A DNA stretch of 64,000 nucleotides from an uncultured Acidobacteriota bacterium (GCA_963822445.1 CAWGHO010000002.1:1600001-1664000), one strand, 5' to 3'; positions 10,789-18,839 are shown, counted from the stretch's first letter. Notes: a model not told the origin generated them from the sequence alone. Program-made: numbers and translations.

Positions 10789-11454
10789 CGTACGGCGGGC
10801 GTCCCGCCCGCCCCCGCCGGGCGTTTCGCCCGGCGGTACCCTCTCCGGATAACTCCCCACAAACGGCCAGTCGATCAATCCCGCGTTCGCCGGATTCCCC
10901 ACCACATACTCAATCGTCGCCGCCAGCTCGCGCGAATCACGCACGACCCGGTTGTAGTAATCCTCCCGCCAGAACGCGCCAGCTCGCCCCAACGCGGCAT
11001 TCGCCTGCTTCGCTGTGAACGACTTCCAGCTGTGAACCACGCGTTCGAGTTGCACGACACCTATCAACACCGCATGCACATGATTCGGCATCACGCACCA
11101 CGCCAGTAGTCGATACCGCTGCTCATCGAAGTGAGTAATGGCGCTCGCGACAATCTGCGCGATCCGCGGGTCGCGCATGGAGCACGAGCCATGAGCATGA
11201 TCGAGTGATTCGCCGATCCGCGCGTCCACCCATTGCCGAATCGCGATCTTCTCGGCGGGCGTAAGGTCGCCACGGCTGTTCCGAATCAGTGCAACTTGCG
11301 CAGCAGCTTCGTCCTGAATCTGTTGATGCACCTGCCGCGGAAGAGCATCGAACAGGTTGAACGTCACAAACTGAATCCCATGTTCGACGTCCCAATGCGG
11401 CAGCCGATTGCGCTTGTGAACTGTGACTTGGCCAAGATCGAATTTCATAGCCAT
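9751..11454 (-). CDS. REP-associated tyrosine transposase (RAYT, Y1 HUH); homologous part about 10840-11454, frame stays open antisense into uvrA
   Basis: LPHW..., FVTFNL, WCVMPNHVH (HUH), HSWKSFTA, FWREDYY, YVVGNP (catalytic Tyr); flanked by REPs. Confidence 0.85.
   Translation of the reverse strand: MAMKFDLGQVTVHKRNRLPHWDVEHGIQFVTFNLFDALPRQVHQQIQDEAAAQVALIRNSRGDLTPAEKIAIRQWVDARIGESLDHAHGSCSMRDPRIAQIVASAITHFDEQRYRLLAWCVMPNHVHAVLIGVVQLERVVHSWKSFTAKQANAALGRAGAFWREDYYNRVVRDSRELAATIEYVVGNPANAGLIDWPFVGSYPERVPPGETPGGGGRDARRTLRKPQDGFLREHLFQVERRGAAFGFGDLLGGAAGDDAAAAVAAFGAEVDDVVGGFDDVEVVLDHHHCVPAIDEAVHQVEELGHVVEMQAGGRLVEDVERLPRGAFRELFCQFHALRFTAGERRRGLAEGDVAEAHFIEGVQDVEDARDVAEHVDRLLDGHVQDLGDRVALVLHLERLAVVALAAADVALHVDVGHEVHLDLDLPVALARLAAAALHVEGETPRSISAHARFRSGRHQIADLAEELRVRRGIRARRASDRRLIDVDDLVDQFQPIDAIVLARRVDRVVEMLRQRLVEDVVDERRFPRAAHAGHGDEHAERELDIEVLEVVLFRAADDQLLAVRLAA
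10789..10836. repeat. REP (CGTACGGCGGGCGTCCCGCCCGCC) plus adjacent GCCGGGC-N5-GCCCGGC hairpin
   Basis: 24-mer identical to 11476-11499; internal palindrome; immediately after the uvrA stop. Confidence 0.85.
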
Positions 11455-11475
11455 CCGAGGCTACCTCGGTCCCTG

Positions 11476-11602
11476 CGTACGGCGGGCGTCCCGCCCGCCT
11501 ACCGCCGGGCTTCCAGCCCGGCAGTACTCATAAATCCACGCAACGTAGAACCAGCGCCGGGCGACACGCCCGGCGCGTAGCGGGCGGGACGCCCGCCCTA
11601 CG
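11476..11602. repeat. REPIN: inverted REP doublet upstream of the RAYT
   Basis: REP at 11476-11499 and inverted copy at 11577-11602 (reverse strand CGTAGGGCGGGCGTCCCGCCCGCTAC), each with an inner GCCGGGC hairpin (11500-11527, 11554-11576). Confidence 0.85.
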
Positions 11603-11617
11603 TGCGAGTATTCGCGG

Positions 11618-12238
11618 ATGACCCGCCTCTTCCTCCTATCCCCCGCCAACCTCAATGGCCTTCGCGCGAAGATGGTCACTTCGCCGCGGGCTAAGTTCGA
11701 GCTGGCGGTGCAGTACCGGTCGGAGGGTGGCGTACCCATCGGCGACGCGTTCGCGTTCATGTCCTCGCTCTACTTTCGCGGGAAGATTGCGTATGCGCGT
11801 CGGTTCGCGGTGCTTTCGCCGGTCATCGGGGGCGACGGCATCTTCATCATCACCTCGGGGTACGGACTCGTTCCACCCGACTGGCGGCTCAACGAAGAAC
11901 GCATGAAAAAGATGAAGAAGATCGACGTCGACGCCGCGACGCGCAGCTACACGAAGCCGCTCAAAGAACACGCCGAGCTGCTGAAGAAAGCGCTCGAAGA
12001 CGACGCGGAGGTCGTTCTCCTCGGCAGCATCGCCACCGGCAAGTACGTGGACGTGCTTCGTCCGATCCTTGGCCCGCACCTGCGGTTCCCAAAGCTCTTC
12101 GCCGGCCTTGGCGACATGGCCAGGGGCGGATTGATGCTCCGCGCGGCGCGTGCTGGCAAAGAGCTCGAATACACGACTCTCGACGCGCCACGCCATCGCG
12201 CTCCGGGCACGAGCGGAAAAATGCCGAAAATAGAATGA
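11618..12238 (+). CDS. conserved hypothetical protein, possibly YaaA/DUF6884-like
   Basis: SSLYFRGKIAYARRF...IFIITSGYGLV...VVLLGS...KY pattern; stop overlaps the Prim-Pol ATG (ATGA). Confidence 0.65.
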   Translation: MTRLFLLSPANLNGLRAKMVTSPRAKFELAVQYRSEGGVPIGDAFAFMSSLYFRGKIAYARRFAVLSPVIGGDGIFIITSGYGLVPPDWRLNEERMKKMKKIDVDAATRSYTKPLKEHAELLKKALEDDAEVVLLGSIATGKYVDVLRPILGPHLRFPKLFAGLGDMARGGLMLRAARAGKELEYTTLDAPRHRAPGTSGKMPKIE

Positions 12239-13160
12239 AGCGAGTGGTCATCCCCACCGACACGAACGAAGTGATCCTGAAGTTCGGGCCGCGCGAAGTC
12301 CGCCTCACGAACCTCAACAAACCGTTCTGGAAGAAGCTCGGCATCGCCAAGCGCGACCTGCTGCAGTACTACGCCGACGTTTCGCCGTGGCTCGTCCCGC
12401 ACGTCGCCGGGCGGGCCATGGTCATGAAGCGGTATCCGAATGGTGCCGAGGGCGATTTCTTCTACATGAAGCGCGCGCCGGAGCCGCGGCCGGCGTGGAT
12501 CGACATCTGCCCGATTCAGCACGAGGAGATGATCCACTTCCCGATCGTCCAGGACCTCCCCTCGCTGCTCTGGCTGATCAACCTCGGCTGCATCGATCTC
12601 AACCCCTGGTACGCACGCTGCGACGACACCGATCGCCCCGACTTTCTGCACTTCGATCTCGATCCCGGCCCCGGCGCGGACTTCGAGAAGGTTCGACAGT
12701 GGCGCTGCACGTCCGCGACATCCTCGGCGCGCTGAACATGCCCACCTATCCGAAGACCACCGGGTCGAAGGGCATTCACGTCTACATTCCCATCGTCCGC
12801 GGCCCGCTGCAGAAGGAAGTGTGGACGTTCGCGAAGGCCATCGCCATCGAGCTCGAATCGCGCCATCCCGATGTGATCACCGCCGAATACCGCAAGGTGA
12901 AGCGGCCGCACGGGCGCGTGCTCGTCGACTACAACCAGAACGCGTGGGGGCGCACCCTCGCGTCGATCTACTCCGTCCGGCCGACACCGTTCGCGGGCGT
13001 GTCGATGCCGGTGACGTGGGAGGAGATCGAACGCGGTGTGAAGATCGATGACTTCCGCATCGACAACGCCATCGCCCGCCTCAACGACGTCGGCGATCTC
13101 TGGAAGCCGGTCGTCGCGAAGACGAAGAGAGTGAATCTGTACAAGGTATTCAAGAAATGA
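12235..13160 (+). CDS. stand-alone LigD-type primase-polymerase (Prim-PolC-like); one frameshift near 12699
   Basis: LTNLNKPFW, MKRYPNG..FFYMK, FDLDP, then in the next frame KTTGSKGIHVY, VDYNQN, YSVRP. Adding one G at 12699/12700 restores KVRQVALH. Confidence 0.85.
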
Positions 13161-14188
13161 CTTTGCCTCTCGCACCGCCCTATCCGCCGATGGAGGCGAA
13201 ACGGGTCGACAAAATCCCGGCCGGCGACCACTGGCTGTTCGAGCCGAAGTGGGACGGCTTTCGCGCGATCGTCTTCCGCGACGGCGACGACATCTCCATT
13301 CAATCGAAGGCCGGCCAGCCGCTGGCGCGTTACTTTCCGGAGATCGTCGACGCAATCCGCTCGCTGAAGCAGAAGGAGCTCGTGCTCGATGGCGAGATCG
13401 TCGTGCCCGTCGACGGCGTCCTTTCGTTCGATCATCTGCTGCAGCGCATTCATCCCGCCGAATCGCGGATCAAGAAGCTCGCGGCGCAGACGCCGTCGCA
13501 CTACTACATCTTCGACATCCTGGCGTTGAAGACGAAGGACTTCACCGCTCTGCCGATCGAAGAGCGCCGCGAGAAACTCGACGCGTTTTTCGAAGGGGTC
13601 GATCACGAACTGCTGCATCTCTCGCCGGCGACAACGGACCGCAAGATCGCCGTGGACTGGTTCGACAAGTTCGGCTCCCTCGGACTCGACGGCGTGATGG
13701 CCAAGCGCCTCGGCGAGCGGTATCACTCCGGCGATCGCGAAGGCATGGTCAAGGTCAAACACCTCAAGACCGCCGATTGCGTGGTCGGCGGTTTTCGCTA
13801 CGGCGAAGGAACGAAGAGCGTCGGCTCGCTCCTCCTCGGCCTCTACGACGATGAAGGACGGCTCGTGTACATCGGCCACACCTCGTCGATCAAGAAAACG
13901 GAGCGCGATGCGCTGACGAAGAAGCTCGAAGCGCTTCGCGGCGAAAACGTGTTCGAGGTGCGCGTTCCCGGCGGACCAAGCCGCTGGGCGACGGAGAAGA
14001 GCGGCGAGTGGGAGCCGGTGAAGCCGACGCTGGTCTGCGAGGTCGAGTTCGACTACTTCTCGCAGGGCCGCTTCCGCCACGGCTCGAAATTCCTCCGCTG
14101 GCGGCCGGACAAAGATCCGAAACAGTGCACGATGGAGCAGGTCCTGCCGCCGAAAGCGAAAGGAAAGACCTTGAAGGGGATGTTCTGA
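13157..14188 (+). CDS. ligC: ATP-dependent DNA ligase, LigC type
   Basis: EPKWDGFR adenylation motif, LDGEIV, DGVMAK, TADCVVGGFR, PGGPSRW, RFRHG..FLRWRPDK. Confidence 0.9.
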   Translation: MTLPLAPPYPPMEAKRVDKIPAGDHWLFEPKWDGFRAIVFRDGDDISIQSKAGQPLARYFPEIVDAIRSLKQKELVLDGEIVVPVDGVLSFDHLLQRIHPAESRIKKLAAQTPSHYYIFDILALKTKDFTALPIEERREKLDAFFEGVDHELLHLSPATTDRKIAVDWFDKFGSLGLDGVMAKRLGERYHSGDREGMVKVKHLKTADCVVGGFRYGEGTKSVGSLLLGLYDDEGRLVYIGHTSSIKKTERDALTKKLEALRGENVFEVRVPGGPSRWATEKSGEWEPVKPTLVCEVEFDYFSQGRFRHGSKFLRWRPDKDPKQCTMEQVLPPKAKGKTLKGMF

Positions 14189-14193
14189 GCGGC

Positions 14194-15576
14194 GTGAAAA
14201 GGCTCCTGGTTTTCCTGACGCTGTTCGCAGCCTCCGCCGCGTCCGCGCAAACGGTCCGCATCACGGAAAAGCCCGCAGGTCTCGTCGCCGGAACGCTCAT
14301 CGTCCCCGTTGTCGCCACCGAACCGGTGGAGAAGCTCGTGTTCACCGTGAACGGCGCGAAGTGGGCGGAGGTGAACGGGCGGACGATGAACGTGCAGGCC
14401 AACGTCGGCTTCTACATCCGCCGCCTGCGCATGCGCGCAACCGGGTACGACGCGCAGGGGAACGCGGTCGGTTTCGACGAGGTGGTGGTCAATGATCCGC
14501 GACCGCCATTCCGCGTCCGGCTGCAGGCGCCGCCGCAGTGGCCCGAAACGGGAACGATCGAGCTGCACGCGAACGTGACCCGTCCGGCGGAGATCCGCAT
14601 CGCCGGCGTCGATTTCTTCGTCGGCGAAGAGAAAGTCGGGAGCGACGACGCGGCACCATACAGCGTTAGCGTGGACACGACGAAGTTCCCCGGCGCGATC
14701 TACGCGCGGGTCGTTGCACGTGCGACGAGTGCCGAGGAGTCGAATGATGTTTTCTTCTTCGGCGATCGTGCGCGGGAGCAGATCGACGTCACCGTGCAGC
14801 AGATTCCGCTGTCGATCGCGCAGGGAACGACGCCGCTGCGCGCGGAGCACCTCACGCTCCTCGACAACGGCGCGCCGCGAAAGATCGAGAATCTCGTCGC
14901 CGCGAGCGATCAGCCGCTGCATGTGATTCTGCTGATCGATTACTCCGAGAGCATGCTCGAGGAATTGCCGGTGGTGAAGGCGGCCGCGAAGCAGTTCGCG
15001 AAGGCGCTGCTGCGGCCGCAGGATCGGATCGCGGTGGTGGGCTTCAATCAGAAGACGTTCTGGTTGACCGGCTACACGAACGATTGGAACGGCGTGGCCC
15101 AGGCCGTCGATCGCGTGCAGCCGATCGGCGAAACGCATCTGTACGACAGCGTGGTGGAGATGTTGTACGAGCTGCAGAAAACGCCCGGCCGCCATGCGCT
15201 GGTCGTGCTGACGGACGGCGTCGATCAGGGCAGCCGCTTCAAGCTCGAGCACCTCGTGCATTACGCGCGCTACGCCGGCGTGCCGGTCTATCCGATCGTG
15301 AAGAACAAATCGCTGTCGCGCTGGATGAAGCTCGGCGTGGGGCGTTTGCAGGCGCGGCGCCTCGCGCGGATCGCCGAAGAGACCGGCGCGACATACTTCA
15401 TCATCCAGGCCGAGCGCGAGCTCCCGGCGGTGTACGCGCGGCTGGCGAATGAGCTCCGCCAGCAATATCTGGTCGTCTTTCACTCCGAGGCGTCGATTCC
15501 GGACGAGTGGCGGGCGCTGAAGATCACGTCGAGTGGCGGACACCAGTTGCGGATTCCGCGCGGGTATTTCCCGTGA
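14194..15576 (+). CDS. secreted VWA-domain protein with Ig-like N-terminal domains
   Basis: GTG start and signal peptide; MIDAS motif DYSES...T...LTDG; ELRQQYLV C-terminus typical of acidobacterial VWA proteins. Confidence 0.82.
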   Translation: MKRLLVFLTLFAASAASAQTVRITEKPAGLVAGTLIVPVVATEPVEKLVFTVNGAKWAEVNGRTMNVQANVGFYIRRLRMRATGYDAQGNAVGFDEVVVNDPRPPFRVRLQAPPQWPETGTIELHANVTRPAEIRIAGVDFFVGEEKVGSDDAAPYSVSVDTTKFPGAIYARVVARATSAEESNDVFFFGDRAREQIDVTVQQIPLSIAQGTTPLRAEHLTLLDNGAPRKIENLVAASDQPLHVILLIDYSESMLEELPVVKAAAKQFAKALLRPQDRIAVVGFNQKTFWLTGYTNDWNGVAQAVDRVQPIGETHLYDSVVEMLYELQKTPGRHALVVLTDGVDQGSRFKLEHLVHYARYAGVPVYPIVKNKSLSRWMKLGVGRLQARRLARIAEETGATYFIIQAERELPAVYARLANELRQQYLVVFHSEASIPDEWRALKITSSGGHQLRIPRGYFP

Positions 15577-15609
15577 TGGAGTGCGGCGGCTCTGCCGCCG
15601 CACTCCATC
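15575..15609. repeat. perfect 16-bp hairpin, GGAG-type REP-like
   Basis: GATGGAGTGCGGCGGC-TCT-GCCGCCGCACTCCATC; no U-tract. Confidence 0.65.
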
Positions 15610-15640
15610 CGGCACAGACCGTGAAACCTGTACGAGCGTC

Positions 15641-16792
15641 GTGCACCAACCGGGCTCGCCCCTTTATCCCGAGGCGCAAAAGCGCCACCGCATTCACCGC
15701 GGTCTCGTGACCGAGCGGCAGGAGCACATCTTCGAGTGGATCGCGGTCATCGTCGTGCTGCTCTACCTCACGGCGTGGGTGGCGGCGGTCGCGGAGATCC
15801 AGCGCGTGCGCAATACGCCCGTGCCGGTCGCGGGAGGCAGTCACGAAGAGCCCGCCGAGCTGCCGCCGCGGCCTACGACGAAGATTGCCGACAGCCTTCT
15901 ACCTTCGCCGGCGGCGCCGACCTTTCTCAACGACGCGATGCTCGAGTTTCTGCATCCGTTGCGCGGGCAGAGCGGGGAGTTGCGCTACGCGCCGGCCCTT
16001 CCCGGGTCGCGCGTCGTCCAGGGCGCACCGGGCGCGGCGGCGATCATCGAAGGGGGCGAGGTCGGCGATTTCGCGGCGCCGAGGGAACCGGGCATCTACA
16101 ACTTCTCGGTGGAGATGAACAAAGCCCGGCGCGACATCGAGAACATCAGCATCGTCACGCTGGTCCCCCGCTCGCAGAAGCGCGGCGGGCGAATCGGCAG
16201 GTATCAGCTCGGATCCTGGCCGTTCGAAGGGGGCGGCAAGCCTCGTTCGCCGCGTTATGCCGCGCCGGCGGGATTCATCGAAGTCACGCCCGAAAATCAG
16301 AACTTTCAGGTCTCCGAGCACTTTCGCCTCAAGCAATTCCTGACCAAAGACCAGCACAACGTCTGGCCGAAGTACCTGCCCCTCGATCCGCTGCTGGTGG
16401 ACAAGCTCGAACTGACGATTCAGGAGTTGCAGAAGCAGGGCGTGCGGGTGGAGCACGTCCACGTCATGAGCGGGTTCCGTACGCCGCGGTACAACGCGGG
16501 CGGCGGCAACACATCCGGCCGGGCCAATCTCAGCCGTCACATGTACGGCGATGGCGCGGACGTGTACGTCGACAACAACCGCGACGGCCATCCCGACGAC
16601 ATCACCGGCGACGGGCGGGTGACGGTGCGGGACGCGGAGAAGTTCGCGGCCGCGGCCGAGAGGGTGGAGCGCAATCATCGATCGCTTGTCGGCGGCATCG
16701 GCATCTACGTTGCCTGCTGCGGGCACGGTCCTTTCACTCACATTGATGTTCGCGGCTCCCGCGCCCGTTGGCGGGGGAGCGGTAGCGGATGA
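15641..16792 (+). CDS. membrane-anchored peptidase M15 / DUF882 (YcbK-like)
   Basis: One N-terminal TM; VSEHFRLKQF, MSGFRTP.YN, SRHMYGDGAD, FTHIDVRG Zn-peptidase motifs; start uncertain. Confidence 0.8.
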   Translation: MHQPGSPLYPEAQKRHRIHRGLVTERQEHIFEWIAVIVVLLYLTAWVAAVAEIQRVRNTPVPVAGGSHEEPAELPPRPTTKIADSLLPSPAAPTFLNDAMLEFLHPLRGQSGELRYAPALPGSRVVQGAPGAAAIIEGGEVGDFAAPREPGIYNFSVEMNKARRDIENISIVTLVPRSQKRGGRIGRYQLGSWPFEGGGKPRSPRYAAPAGFIEVTPENQNFQVSEHFRLKQFLTKDQHNVWPKYLPLDPLLVDKLELTIQELQKQGVRVEHVHVMSGFRTPRYNAGGGNTSGRANLSRHMYGDGADVYVDNNRDGHPDDITGDGRVTVRDAEKFAAAAERVERNHRSLVGGIGIYVACCGHGPFTHIDVRGSRARWRGSGSG

Positions 16793-16805
16793 ACGAGGAG
16801 GTTCC

Positions 16806-17243
16806 GTGGTTGACGAAGTAACGAAGTGTCCCGAGTGTCATTCGCCGCGTCCGGATCTGACGACGACGTGTCCGACGTGCGGCGCGCCGCCGGCGCGCGA
16901 GGGCGATGCCCGACACGCTGAAAGCGAGGTCCGTACGCAGGACCTCGAGCCGTACATCACCCTTCGCTACATCGCGAAGCTCTTCAAAGTTCTCGCGGTG
17001 CTGATGGTGATCCTGATGATCGGCGAGATCATCGCCGGGCTGACGTCGGAAGGCGCGGCCTCGCTCGTGGAGCTGATCGGCGAGATCACCCAGATGCTCG
17101 TTCTGGCAGGGTTGATGTGGGGCGGCGGCGATCTGACGCTGCTGCTGATCGATGCCGGCCACGATCTGCGCGTGGCCCGCATTCTCCTGGGCCGGATCAA
17201 CGCCGAGCTGCACCGGCGGGGGATGCCGGAGCAGACGAAGTAA
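16806..17243 (+). CDS. hypothetical membrane protein with N-terminal zinc ribbon
   Basis: SD GAGGAGG then GTG 16806; CPEC...CPTC; two hydrophobic helices. Confidence 0.7.
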   Translation: MVDEVTKCPECHSPRPDLTTTCPTCGAPPAREGDARHAESEVRTQDLEPYITLRYIAKLFKVLAVLMVILMIGEIIAGLTSEGAASLVELIGEITQMLVLAGLMWGGGDLTLLLIDAGHDLRVARILLGRINAELHRRGMPEQTK

Positions 17244-17245
17244 AG

Positions 17246-17313
17246 GTGTAGTGTGGGCCTCCGGCCTACCTCCGGGCGGTGGCCGAAGGTAGGCCGGGAG
17301 GCCCACACTACAC
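17246..17313. repeat. GTAG-type inverted REP doublet between convergent genes (possible bidirectional terminator)
   Basis: GTGTAGTGTGGGCCTCCGGCCTACCT...AGGTAGGCCGGGAGGCCCACACTACAC, about 30-bp arms. Confidence 0.75.
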
Positions 17314-17316
17314 GGG

Positions 17317-17775
17317 CTACATCAGATCCTCTTTCCGCCGCTGCATCATTTCCCCAAGGCTTCGCAGCTCATCGCGATCCATGGCCTTGCGCGCCCGCGG
17401 GAACATCTGCTTCTCTTCCTCTTCGGCGTGATGCTCGACGAGGTCCTTCAGCACCTTCGCCTTTGCCTTCAGCTCCTCGGGGGACGCGCCGTCGTTCATC
17501 TCCGGCATGACCATGTCCACCACGTGATGCTCCTGCACGGCCTCGAAGAACAGCTTCTTGTCTTCCTTCTTGCGGGCCGCCTCGCGGTACGCGGGATAGA
17601 AGATTTCTTCCTCGATGGTCGTGTGGACCTTCAGCTCTTTCTCGATCTGAGTCAGGAGCTTCTGGCGCCGCGCGCCCGTAGCGTTTTCGAATTGGCCGAG
17701 AAGCCCGCGCACTTTCTCGTGGTCCTGCTTGAGCAGCGCGATCGCGTCCGGTGATGCCTTCTTTTTTGAAGCCAT
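17317..17775 (-). CDS. hemerythrin/HHE cation-binding domain protein
   Basis: LKQDHEKV, HTTIEEEIFYP, EHH, HHAEEEEKQMFP. Confidence 0.9.
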   Translation of the reverse strand: MASKKKASPDAIALLKQDHEKVRGLLGQFENATGARRQKLLTQIEKELKVHTTIEEEIFYPAYREAARKKEDKKLFFEAVQEHHVVDMVMPEMNDGASPEELKAKAKVLKDLVEHHAEEEEKQMFPRARKAMDRDELRSLGEMMQRRKEDLM

Positions 17776-17815
17776 GGAAGATCCTCCGATTACGGAAGAT
17801 CAACAGTCAGGCCAA

Positions 17816-18679
17816 CTACTGCGCGGCGACGATGGAGCGGTTCAGAATCTCGCGCAGGTCGCGGAATACGTTCTCCGGAGGGATGCCCAGCTCGCGGCAG
17901 CTCGCGGCGCGCTTCAGCAGATTCTCGGCGGTCTTCTCATCGAACATGCGCGAATCGACGGCGCGGTTGTTCAATTCGCAGAAGGCGACGAGCGACGCCA
18001 GGGCGACGCGTTTGTTCTGGCCGCGGAACGGCCGCGACATCAGCAGCGCGAAGACGAGCGCGGCGACCTTGTCAGGAAAGGCTGGATAGGCTTCGCGGCC
18101 GAGGGTCGTGACCTGGGGGCGCTGGACGGCGCTGACCAGACCGAATTGCGAATCGACCACACCGGGCTGCGCGGAGTTTCCGCCGAATTCGACGGCCACG
18201 GCCTTGTGGATGTCGACCAGGTCCTGGACGCTGAGGTAGCGGATCCCGCCGTCAGTCGGTGAGGCGCCGAAAAGCGTTGGGGTACTTCTTGACAGCGCGC
18301 TTGAAGGCGTTGGCGACGATGGGGTTGTTGAAACCGGGCGAGCCGCTGTCGGCGGCGGCGGGGCGGGCCGGCTTGCCTTTGCCGGCGGAGGCGTCGGTTT
18401 TGGCGGGCGCTGGGGCGCTTTTGGCTGCGGCGACGGTTTTGGCTTCGCTGCCTTTGCCGGCTTTGGCTGGGGCTTTTGCGGCGGTTTTGACGGGCGCTGG
18501 GGCTTTGCCGGGGCCGCCTTTTTGGCCGGCTGCGGTTTTTTCGCCGCTGCCACTGCCTTTTTTACCGCTTTCGCCGGTTTTGCCACCGCTTTTGCCGCTT
18601 TGGCGGGCTTCGATGGCTTTGCCGCTGGTTTTCCCTGAGGCTTTGCTGGCTGTTTTTTTGGCTTTGTCTTTGTCGCCAT
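17816..18679 (-). CDS. Fic/Doc-family protein with degenerate motif and Lys/Pro/Ala-rich histone-like N-terminal extension
   Basis: C-terminal about 140 aa: YLSVQDLVDIH...GLVSAVQRPQ....G..AYP...KVAAL...RPFRGQNKRVA. The only ATG upstream of the domain in this frame is 18679; an ATC start at 18244 is an alternative. Confidence 0.75.
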   Translation of the reverse strand: MATKTKPKKQPAKPQGKPAAKPSKPAKAAKAVAKPAKAVKKAVAAAKKPQPAKKAAPAKPQRPSKPPQKPQPKPAKAAKPKPSPQPKAPQRPPKPTPPPAKASRPAPPPPTAARPVSTTPSSPTPSSALSRSTPTLFGASPTDGGIRYLSVQDLVDIHKAVAVEFGGNSAQPGVVDSQFGLVSAVQRPQVTTLGREAYPAFPDKVAALVFALLMSRPFRGQNKRVALASLVAFCELNNRAVDSRMFDEKTAENLLKRAASCRELGIPPENVFRDLREILNRSIVAAQ

Positions 18680-18686
18680 GCGTCAT
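18252..18686 (-). CDS. Lys-rich protein ending in a Doc-antitoxin-like helix, overlapping the Fic/Doc ORF in another frame
   Basis: SD GAGGA 5 nt before ATG 18686; 144 aa; ends FNNPIVANAFKRAVKKYPNAFRRLTD, 7 nt before the Doc domain begins. Confidence 0.7.
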   Translation of the reverse strand: MTHGDKDKAKKTASKASGKTSGKAIEARQSGKSGGKTGESGKKGSGSGEKTAAGQKGGPGKAPAPVKTAAKAPAKAGKGSEAKTVAAAKSAPAPAKTDASAGKGKPARPAAADSGSPGFNNPIVANAFKRAVKKYPNAFRRLTD

Positions 18687-18705
18687 TTCAGTCCTCAGAG
18701 GCGAC

Positions 18706-18734
18706 ATGCTATCCGTCTTAAGTCGTTGAGTCAA
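18706..18734 (-). promoter_or_regulatory. sigma70-type promoter for the overlapping-ORF locus
   Basis: Minus strand TTGACT-17 nt-TAGCAT, followed by SD GAGGA. Confidence 0.7.
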
Positions 18735-18839
18735 TGCGGCTTACGACCCAACACACTGAAATTGGAAATTAGCTGTCGAGGCTAAGTGACTGACGCACTT
18801 CGACTTAGAGAAATCGAAAGGTGCACTGAAACTTGTGCA

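Noticed and set aside
12690-12710. Programmed frameshift in the Prim-Pol gene
   Set aside because: No slippery sequence; a single missing G explains it, matching the indel pattern elsewhere.
18259-18729. Plus-strand hydrophobic 156-aa ORF as a third overlapping gene
   Set aside because: Complement of Lys-rich low-complexity DNA; no SD or motif; TTT/TTG-rich codons.
18735-18839. AT-richer intergenic stretch as an sRNA or riboswitch
   Set aside because: No recognisable family or convincing structure by eye; an Rfam search would be needed.
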